Shown here one piece after another: positions 52,570 to 64,000 of a stretch of DNA of 64,000 bases (the stretch's first letter is position 1; each line of letters begins with the position of its first letter). The notes under the pieces are model-generated. The model had not been told where the DNA came from. It saw only the letters and a list, made by a program, of their open reading frames with translations, and ran no database searches. The stretch is from Octopus vulgaris (taxonomy: Eukaryota). The stretch spans positions 108,748,001 to 108,812,000 of the forward strand of contig OX597816.1 of the NCBI GenBank assembly GCA_951406725.2, written 5' to 3'. A program made the position numbers and the translations under genes.

Positions 52570-53720
52570 ATGCACAACTAGTCTCTTCACTCTATTTCGT
52601 CCTCTCTAACTGCAGCTTTTCTTTGATACAACTAAATTTTTTCATTGCCTGAAACCATTTTACTTGATATTCATTCTTCATCTTTATTCTGTTCTCTCCA
52701 CCCTTGTTTTACATTGATCATCTCCACTGAGTCATCAAATTATCTCTCCTTCTCCATTATCATACGTCTCTCACTCTCCCTATACACTACACATGCTCCT
52801 CTCCCCAACACACTCTAGCAGCCTACCCAAACACATGTCATCTTTGAAGGAAAAGATTTTTTGCTGCCAGAAACAGAATTATTTCTCTGAACAATTTCAA
52901 CATGTTCTTACTCTGGCTAGAAAATTAATTGAATAACTACCTCCCCTGCTAAATATCATCTAGGCTGCAGAAACTATTAACTAAATCTAGTGTATTAGCC
53001 AGGCATTTAGGAAAGTCTTCTTTTGGTGTGCACTTTGTGCATACTGCTCCAATGTATCTGCCACATACAACATTTTTTTTGCTAATAGCCTGCTTGTGAT
53101 TCCACTATACTTGGTGTGTGTCCATAGCTCATATTGAGTGCAGCACATGAAATTCCTATGTATTCCTTTTCTGCATATTGAGCAGGGCCATTTACCTGAT
53201 GATACTGAGGTCTCATCTTCTTTTCTACTTACTAATGGCTTAGTCTTTGCAAAGTTTACTTAGAAGCTTCTTGATTCTAGGTTTTGCTTCAAAGCCTGGA
53301 ATTTCAGCTATAGATCAGTTATAAGAACCAGGCCATTAGCATCTACAAGTTTCCACAATCAGCTTGCCTTAAACTCTTCTGTGATGGGGCTATGATGACT
53401 AGGAAAGGGCTGAGGATTGAGCCTTGATGTATTCCAACCTTCATACTGAATTCTTCCAATCACCTCCATATGACTCCTACTTGCATGCTAAATTCTTTCA
53501 TCCACCCATTTTGGGCCTTCTGATGTCATTGTATACTCTACTATTTCCCTCCTCATCACCTGAGAAAATGTACACATTCTAGCTTATTGATTACTCTCTA
53601 ATTAACAGACATTGCTTCCTACCTTTCAGTCACCCATTTCCAGCTTTTCTGCTGTAATTCTTCTCCTCATTCTACATGTCTTAAATTTCTGAGTACTTTC
53701 TACATTTATTCTGTACAAGG
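52570..53720 (-). mobile_element. Highly degenerate RTE fragments (RT and PHD-like region)
   Basis: 53040-53470 resembles 22166-22617 (CSICRKG, RT segment); left boundary uncertain. Confidence 0.6.
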
Positions 53721-55180
53721 TATCCCCCACCTGTGCTGATGCCTACTGCAGTGATTGGTGAGTGATATATCCTCTCAAGTGCTGGTGCCATGAAAAATGC
53801 ATCCAATACCCACTTAAACAAGTGGCTGGCTAATGAACAGAAAAAGCATAGGACTGTGAGGTATTTTCAGTTCTGTCTTGCTGAAGACTAGTCAACCTCT
53901 TTAGTGTTGGTGCTATGAGAAAATGCATTCAATAGACTCTATAAAGTAACTGGTGATAGAAAAGGCATCCAACCATAGAAATCATGCCAAAGAACATGTA
54001 GTAGCTACAATCTATGAGAACTGTGATTTCCAATATGAAATAACTCATATAATGATAACTCATCCAACCTATGCTAGTATGGAAAGTGGATGTAAAATGA
54101 TGATGATGATCCTGATGATGTGTGTTTGTGTTTGTATTTTTGTATTCACACACGTGTTTCTGTGAATGTGTGTCTGTGTATTTGTTCACATTTGTACTTC
54201 TCTGAAAATCACTGAGATACAAGCAGTGATATCATCTACCAACAAATCATCTATTCGCTTTGTACCTTCAAAGATGTAGGGGTTAGAGAGAGCAAGGGTG
54301 TCTGGCTGTAAAGCATTGCCTCAATCCTATATTTGTCTAACCTGTGCTAGCATAGAAAATGGATATAAAAATGAATGAATGAAGTGTAATATTGCCTTTG
54401 ATGTTTTGGGGTATTACTGCTCAGAAGTAAAATGATCGGGTAATGTTGTTCAGTGCTAGGTCAGCCCAAACCAAACAGATTTAAGATCAAAGGCAGCACA
54501 GATGTAATCATTTCATTTCATGCATATCCAGTGCTATGGTGTCCAATGTTCCTTCAGTTCAAGATACAGGATGTAATCAAAGTGAAATTTGACTGCTTTT
54601 TTTGGCAGGTTAGGTGCTACCTGCAGTTAATTTGCTTGGAGTCAGGTTTCTCAGCAATGGATTTAGGGTTGGCATGATTGAGCAGCTATCTTTGGAGCAT
54701 GGTAGAAGTTATATGATGTTTTGTGGAAGTGTAAGCTGATCATATTGGAATAAAATAAAAACTGTGAATGAGAGGACAGATGCTTGTGGGACATGATTTG
54801 AAAAATTGTAAATTATAGATGAGTTATTATTATATAATAGATATTTAACAACACACCTTGGTTGACCTGAAAGACAGTTTACTAGCAAGCATTTTTGTTG
54901 CTGATTAAAAAGGTTTTGAGTGTTTTATTTGTGGAGAAAAACAGGTAAGAAGTGGTGACAGGAAAAGCATTTGGCCATAAAAATTCTACCTCAATTACCT
55001 ACCATCTAAGCCATAGAGGGAAAATAAGTAAAAAACAGATGTTAAACTGTATAAATGAACAAAGGAACATGGGATGGAGTTGAAAGAATTTTGATGTTAA
55101 TTTGGCTGGTGTGTGATTCTGAAGCTATAACATACCTTATGTATATCGTTTGTGAATGGTGTGCTAGTTGTGGGTTATCA

Positions 55181-55423
55181 TTTAACCATTTAGCATTTAA
55201 GCTGACCATATCTGGCCAAAATATTCTACCTGTTTTATCTTCAAACTGGCTATATTTGGCCTCTTCAAACTGGCTAGATTTGGCCTTATAATATTATTCG
55301 AAAAATACGAGACAATCAAGTTACTGAAATCTCAGAGCTACAAGGTGATGCATGACTAATTCAGAACAATGTGAATAAAGAAGCATTACATTTGACAGAG
55401 AAATCCGAATGCTAAAAGGTTAA
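55181..55423. mobile_element. piggyBac-like MITE
   Basis: TTAA-ccatttagcatt ... aatgctaaaagg-TTAA. Confidence 0.75.
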
Positions 55424-55720
55424 ATCTTGTTGTGAACGGGAAAAAGAATATGTAGGTTTGTGATGTCAAAGATGAGTCTTTCTTGAAGTTTTGACATTGT
55501 GGATAGACTGGTGATAGGTTTCAGTGTTATTGCTCCAGTTGGGTATCATTAGATTTTAGAATTGTCAAAAATTTGTTCAATTTTGGTGACTTGGCATTGT
55601 AGCGATGAGTAAATGAAAAATATTATAAGGTACTGGTAGTGACAGGAAGGGCATATGGACCACATAAAATCTGCTTCAACAAATTCTGTCTGACCCAAGC
55701 AACCATGGAAAAGTGGACAA

Positions 55721-55940
55721 ACCCTTTCATTACCATATTTCTGTTGAAATATACAATCTTTGCTTCAATTAATTTAAAAAATAATTAAGAATCTAGCACA
55801 ATGATTTTGTCAAGCTGGTGCTTGTAGCTTATATCAACAAGAAATTTTGATGGAAAATTTGAATTTAGATCACTTTAAAACAGGATGATTGTGTCCTAGA
55901 ACCAGAGGCAGTTTTGAGCGGGTTGGTAACAAAAGGGTTA
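55721..55940. mobile_element. piggyBac-like MITE
   Basis: ccctttcattacc ... ggtaacaaaaggg-TTAA; reverse orientation of 42929-43149. Confidence 0.7.
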
Positions 55941-56344
55941 AACGGTTAGTGATAAAATGATGATGAATGTTGTGTTCAGGTATTTCCCATCTGTCACGTT
56001 TTTGATAAGAAACTGAACATATCTACTAATGGAGCAGTTGATAAAACAAGTTGACTGAGCAAATGGTCCTACTGAGAAACCAGATGGAAAAAGTGGTTAG
56101 ATGCAGAGACAGCCCTTCCTCCAAGAAGAAAAGAAAGCAATGACAAAAATACATTAAAAAATGGTCATGTTGCTGCTAAAATGCTTCTGATTACAGATCT
56201 GCTTGATATGGGTTGACCTGGCACTAAGCTATGTGTAGTCCATGTTTACCAAATGATTCATACTTGTACACTTGATGTTTACCATCGCTAGAGCTTACCA
56301 ATTCTTAATACTATCATTATATACCAATTCTTAGTAAGTCTAAT

Positions 56345-57341
<997 letters not shown>

Positions 57342-57557
57342 TGAGGGAAAGAGCTAACATTCTGTTAATAGTTTACAAGTAATACAGAGTGGGAACTGCC
57401 CCAATACCACCACCTCTACATACCACAACATTCTTTACACTGTTAATTGTAATGAATACACTAACCATTGATTAGGAATGACTGAATGACTGACTAGTTA
57501 GCTACATTGCTCCTCTTGTTGATGTTGTTTTCTTTGTATACGGTTGAGTCTACAACA

Positions 57558-57634
<77 letters not shown>

Positions 57635-57778
57635 TATACATACATATATATAGATATAGATATATATATATATGATGTATATATATTCATACACATATAT
57701 GCACATGGTCATGCAGTCATATTTATAAATGTATGTTTGTGGTATATGTGCATAAATATATATGAATGTATGTATATA

Positions 57779-57811
<33 letters not shown>

Positions 57812-58083
57812 GCAATCATATGTACAAACATATATACATGTAAATACATACACACACACGTGTATTTACACATATAAGGAAGTCCTGTGTTTATTTTACA
57901 TATAAACACCACCCCAAAAATACATGTGGATATATATGATACACATAAACATGGTGTATTAGCTATACACAGACCTACCTATAAATATATCGAAGTAAAA
58001 TAATGTGTGTATATATATATATATTTATATGTGTGTGTGCATGTGTGCGCACACTGTATATATATATGTATATTATTATATAT

Positions 58084-58148
<65 letters not shown>

Positions 58149-58199
58149 TGGAAAAATGTATAAACTGGAGACAAGCAGAAAGTCCGTAATCCTTCATCA

Positions 58200-58660
58200 T
58201 TTACCAATCAATGGTACTTTTCAGTTTTTGCATCTTGTCCAATGAAAAGAGCACAGATCCTGTTTAAATCTAAGATATCCAACTCTATGTCAGAAATTTT
58301 CAGTGGTTGCAAGCATACATATGAATATATATTTTGAAGAATTTGAAAATTCCGCCTATTCCTGACTGACTTGTTTATATCTTTCCAGCCTTATAATTTA
58401 AGGTCTAAGGTCTTTAACCTTTCCACTGTTTACATTTTAACTTTTGTGTTTTTGCTTTCTGTTTCTTGTTTTCCATTTTTCACTTTTTGCATTTTCTATA
58501 TGTTGCCTTCTCAGTTTTTCCCATTTCTTCTATTATTCAATTTTTAAAGTTTGTTATGATATGTGGTTTGTGCCTGAAGAATATGCTAGAGATATTTCTC
58601 AACATATGAAACTATTAGTAGCACTTACAGACATTTGTTGTGTCTTTTAAATTAAAAAAA
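58200..58660 (+). mobile_element. Penelope-like element 3' end with hammerhead
   Basis: Remnant EK..ILFKSKISNSMSEIFSGCKH resembles the PLE terminal LN.RSE....CRH motif; hammerhead follows. Confidence 0.55.
58570..58624 (+). ncRNA. Minimal type I hammerhead ribozyme in the 3' region of a Penelope-like element
   Basis: GTGC-CTGAAGA-ATATG(ctagagatatttctcaa)CATAT-GAAAC-TATTA-GTA-GCAC: stem I GTGC/GCAC, CUGANGA and GAAA core, stem II, minimal stem III, GUA cleavage triplet. Confidence 0.7.
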
Positions 58661-58723
58661 TATCTATCTCTCATTCAATGGAATAATGTTTATGTTGATC
58701 TTTCTATTATGGAACTGTACATT

Positions 58724-58807
<84 letters not shown>

Positions 58808-58955
58808 ATATTTCGGAATGGTCCTTTTGCCAGTTTAGCCAATAAAAACACACGCACTATTGGCTAAACTGGCAAAATGACCATTCTGAAATATAACAAT
58901 ATCTGTTTCAACACACGACTTCACATAAAAAATCTTGCACAACAAATATTTAAAC

Positions 58956-59003
<48 letters not shown>

Positions 59004-59599
59004 TCACGGAGTTGTTGGCATTTACACTCATGGAGTGGTTGGCGTTAGGAAGGGCATCCAGCAGTCGAACCGTCCAACCCATGCTAGCATGGAAAACAGA
59101 CATTAAACGATGATGATGATATATACATACATATCTACATACACACATGCATGTATATATATGGAGAGAAGTGTATTCCCATGCTGAAAATATAGAAGAA
59201 TTTGTTTTGGGCTCTAAAAATGCATATCTTTTATTTATTTATGTTATTAGACTGCAGCCAAACTGGGGTACCACCTTGAAGGGTTTTAGTCGAACAGATC
59301 AAACTTAGACATATTTTGTGAAGCCTAGTACTTATTCTACCAGTCTCTTTTGCAAAACTATTAAGTTATGGGGATGTAAACACACCAACACCAGTTGTCA
59401 AGAGGTTGTAGGGGACAAACACACACACACATGATGGGCTTCTTTCAGTTTCCATCTATCAAATCCACTCACAAGGTTTAGGTCAGCCTTAGGTTATAGT
59501 AGAAGACACTTGCTCAGGGTGTCACACAGTAGGACCGAACCCAGAACCATGTGGTTAAGAAGCTTTTCACCACATAGCCATGCCTGCACCTATATATAT

Positions 59600-60403
59600 G
59601 TATTATTATATTTGGGGATGGTAATTTTTTTTGTCAAATAAACACATGCAATATTTGTTTATTATTGTTCTTATTTTATGTCTATTGTCTGGAAATCTTT
59701 TGACACACATCTGTGACATCTTCCATCTCATGTGTCTTCTCTTGTTCTGTTTAGTCCTTTCAGTCTTTCTATAGTATGTATCCTCATATGTGAATGCATT
59801 TGCATCTGTATCTGTGTGTTCATGCATGCCTATGTGCTTTATATATGTGTTTTGTATGTGTATATATGGGTTTACTTATCATACCCTTTATATAGTTTTT
59901 TCATTTATTTACTTATTTTTCCCTCTATTCCCCCCATTCCATCTTAAGTGTGTGAATGTGTGTCTTTTGTGTGTGTGTTTATGGGTTTATGCTTTAAACT
60001 GTTTGCATCTGTGTCTTTTTTTCCTCCCATTCTGTCTTTAGTCAGTGTTTCTTTGGTTCAGACACAAGACAACAACTTACATTGTGGAGACGACATGTAG
60101 CATAGAGGAACAGATAAGTGAACACTGGTGGGTGCTCAAAGAGGAGAAAAGCTCATCAGTGCTCAATTAGAACTGAGAGGCTTGGTTAATAATACAGATA
60201 TTAAGGTATCATCAACACATAGAGCAGACACAACACTCAGACAGATTACTGAGGCTAGTAATAGCATAGTAATAGACAGAATAAGCCTCACAAAAAAATG
60301 ACTGGAACAATAACACTCACCATCACCACACTACACAACATGATGACTAAAGACAGAATGGAAGAAAAGAAAAAACAGGTGCAAACAGCATAAGGCATGA
60401 ACT

Positions 60404-60439
<36 letters not shown>

Positions 60440-61235
60440 ACACACAGACACATAATTTAGATGAAATATGGGAAAAACAGTGAAAAAGAAAGGAAAAAAA
60501 AACTATATAAAGGGCAAGGATACAAACATTATGATAAGTAAACTGTGCCCCTGTTTAAGCAACATATGAACAATCATAAGTCTGCTTTGAGGATACCAAA
60601 GAGGCACAAAACCACAACCCTGGCCAACCATGTATGGTGCTTAAAATAGGAAGGAACCCTATACATAATTAAATGGAAGCCACTTAAACAACCAGGGGCT
60701 TATATAAACAGGAGCAAATGATGTAAGCTTTGCTTGGCTGAAAGGGCAAGAATCCTGAAAAAACTTGCTCGGCCTGGGGGACTTTCTTAAACTCCAGGAG
60801 AGAGGTGTTCAGCCAATGCCCTCATCTGAAATGTTTCCTGCTTCAGATTTGGAATTTCTCATCTGCTGAATAGTCCCACCAGATTTTCTATCAAATATCA
60901 CTATGACTGGTGACGTAATGGGGATAACCCTGTCTGGTTAACCCTATTCTGCAGCATGGACAATCATTTTTTATTTACAAATCCAACTGAACATTACATA
61001 TTTCTTCCTCCAGTTCTAGAGATGTTATGTGCTTCAGCCATTTGAACCTGGCAAGTTGCCTATGCTGCTAAGTGCTTATAAGTGTGGAACTAATGGTCAC
61101 TTCAGTAACTCTCCATCCCATGTGTCTCCTCTTGTTCTGTTTAGTCCTTCCAGTCTTTCTATAGTATGTACCCACATCTGTGAATGCATTTGCATCTATA
61201 TCTGTGTGTTCATGCATGCCTACGTGTTCTTTTAA
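59600..61235 (+). mobile_element. Penelope-like element fragment with direct and inverted pseudo-LTR repeats
   Basis: 60550-60850 encodes FKQHMNNHKSA..TTLANHVWCLK..IKWK..CKLCLAERARIL..LNSRREVFSQCPH; ~115 bp direct repeat (59720-59838, 61113-61230); inverted arms 59870-60045 and 60343-60545. Confidence 0.75.
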
Positions 61236-61268
61236 CTTCCTAAAAAAACATATATATATATATGTATA

Positions 61269-61308
<40 letters not shown>

Positions 61309-61393
61309 TCATATATCTATATATATATATAATATATATACACACACATACATATATATATATTATATATATTTATATATCTATATATATAAT

Positions 61394-61479
<86 letters not shown>

Positions 61480-61988
61480 TGTGTGTGTGTATACAGTAAT
61501 GGTTTTTCTGATTTAAATAACACAACATTCATCATGATTTGGATAGACATGGCTTTTAAATTAATTTACTTTAATTATGTATCACAATTATGCAATTATA
61601 TATTTGGCGGTGTTTATCTGAATGTAACGGCTCTTGAGCACAACTGAAAAATAAAGTAGTTGTGAAATTTATGTTTTACTACTTTTATTCTAAACATGAT
61701 GGAGAACAAGCCTGATATAGTAAAACTGTTAGTCTCAGTCAAATAAGATCTTCAAAAGAAATTTGACCCTACTATCAGAATAAAGTCATATCAACAGTAA
61801 ATGGTTGACTGCAATTCATAAAATTGTTACAAAATAATATTCACAACAAAATAGGTGACAGAGTATTAAAAATATAAAAAAAAGCAAAACAAAATAAAAA
61901 ATTACCATTTAAATACAAGAGAAACTTTTGAATTACTTTCTGTGTGTGCATGTGTGTATGTGCACATATGTGTGTGAGTGTGTATGTG

Positions 61989-62024
<36 letters not shown>

Positions 62025-62036
62025 TACACACACACC

Positions 62037-62114
<78 letters not shown>

Positions 62115-62139
62115 CATATATATTTATATGTTTATATAC

Positions 62140-62183
<44 letters not shown>

Positions 62184-62219
62184 CATACATATATATAATG
62201 TACGTATATATACATACAT

Positions 62220-62760
62220 ACATCATCATCATCATCATCATCGTTTAACGTCCGTTTTCCATGCTAGCATGGGTTGGACGGTTCAACCGGGGATCTGGGA
62301 AGCCAGAAGGCTGCACCAGGCTCCGGTCTTATCTGGCAACGTTTCTACAGCTGGATGCCCTTCCTAACGCCAACCACTCCGTGAGTGTAGTGAGTGCTTT
62401 TTACGTGCCACCTGCACTGGTGCCAGGCGAGGCTGGCATCGGCCACGGTCGGATTGGTGCATTTTATGGAAGCCAGTCGAGGCGGCACTGGCTTCGGCTA
62501 CGATTCGGATGGTGCTTTTTACGTGCCACCAACACGGAAGCCAGTCGAGGCAGCTCTGGCATCGGCCACAATTCGGGTAGTGCTTTTTACATACCTCCAG
62601 TCCCAGGGCCCTGGCATCTGCCAGGTGCTAGTCATAGGATTGGTTCAATTTCGATTTCACTTGTCCCAACAGGTCTTCGCAAGCAAAGGGGGTTGCCATA
62701 GGTGCCTGTCGTCGGATGAGGTTCGATATCGACTTCACTTGCCTCAACAGGTCTTTGCCT
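62220..62760 (-). mobile_element. RTE 3'UTR copy, CpG-retaining (probably young)
   Basis: High similarity to 21070-21480; (CAT)n tail on the + strand. Confidence 0.85.
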
Positions 62761-63290
62761 TAACATACATATATATATGTATATATATATATATATATAT
62801 AGTTATATCCAAACAAGAAAACACAAAAAAACACAACGCAAGGACGTGGAACAAATATAGTATTATTGGACGCTCAGGAAAGGGAAGCTCTTTGTCGGAA
62901 AGATCCAGAGAAGGGAAGACAGAGGAAAAAAAATCGCCAACGGTACACACGAGGTCACATTTTGAAAGGACATGTATATATATATGTGTGTGTGTGTGTA
63001 TATATATATATGTATATATATACACACACACACACATACATACATATATATATGTCTACACATACATGTATGCATGTGTGTATACACAACTGCCATGGTG
63101 TCTACTTCATGTCAAAACATTCTGAAGTTAGGGCTGGTGTGTGTGTGCTCCCCCATCCCGCTCCTCACATTCTAAAGTTATTTATATATAAACTGATAAT
63201 TCCAAATACATTGAGTAGAAAATTACTTCTTACTTCCTGAAAGATGAGCTATCAATAGCCTCTCTGTGTATGTATGCATGAGCGTGAGTA

Positions 63291-63335
<45 letters not shown>

Positions 63336-63764
63336 AAGAAAAAGCAAGAGAAAAAAGTGAGAGACCTTGTATCTGTGATAGAGAAGAGAGAGAGAGTGGA
63401 GGAGAGAATGAGAGTGTGTGTGTCTGTGCACATACGTGTGAGTATATGGATACACACAATTAGTCTATATGTGTTTGTACATTTTCATGTATAAGTATAT
63501 TTGTGCATATGTGATAGTGTGCATATGTGAATATATGGACATACACAATCATCTCTTGTGTATGTATGTGTATGCATATGTGCATGTATGTATGTGTGTG
63601 TGTGTGTATACACGCACACACATACACACAAATGGTATACAAACACATATAAATGGAGAAAGAGAGATATAACATACACATGTATACACATTCAATTTTA
63701 TGTCAGCTAAATCATTATAGAATATATATATATATTTATAGATATATGTACATATATATATATA

Positions 63765-63798
<34 letters not shown>

Positions 63799-63876
63799 CT
63801 ACAACAAGAGAAATGTGTGTATAAATAATATATGATGAAATCTCTATAGATTTGGAAATATGAATGTGTGTGATAT

Positions 63877-64000
63877 ACAAGGGGGCACTGAAAAGTTCCT
63901 GCCTTTAAGGGTATTGTGAAAGGTCTGGTTGGGGGCCCAACCTTCCAAGTTCTTTTACAGGGCTAAGAAAAACTGAAGGACTGCTGCAATAAGTGTGTGG
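63877..64000. mobile_element. End of a mariner-like element (TIR)
   Basis: TA-caagggggcactgaaaagttcc resembles mariner TIRs and the TIR at 36470. Confidence 0.55.

Noticed and set aside
62261-63125. Longest ORFs in the window (146 and 243 aa)
   Set aside because: Antisense read-through of a GC-rich RTE 3'UTR plus microsatellites.

Overview
AT-rich eukaryotic DNA saturated with microsatellites and interspersed repeats. The SINE/RTE repeat families look like those of an octopod cephalopod (inferred from recognition, no search run). Almost all listed ORFs are microsatellite artefacts. By reading splice sites I reconstruct a minus-strand coiled-coil gene the ORF track misses: four phase-compatible coding exons at 47748-47841, 42830-42891, 30297-30464 and 694-765, continuing beyond the left edge, with a remembered resemblance to synaptonemal-complex protein SYCE1. 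Its ~29.5 kb intron holds an antisense intron-containing tRNA-Lys(UUU)-type gene in a CpG-rich patch. The rest is decayed mobile DNA: Tx1/L1-like, R4/Dong-like, RTE (PHD-like finger), CR1, Penelope-like (with a minimal hammerhead ribozyme), mariner, several MITE types, a Helitron end and many tRNA-derived SINEs. I see no convincing wholly new multi-gene system. Repeat boundaries are approximate.
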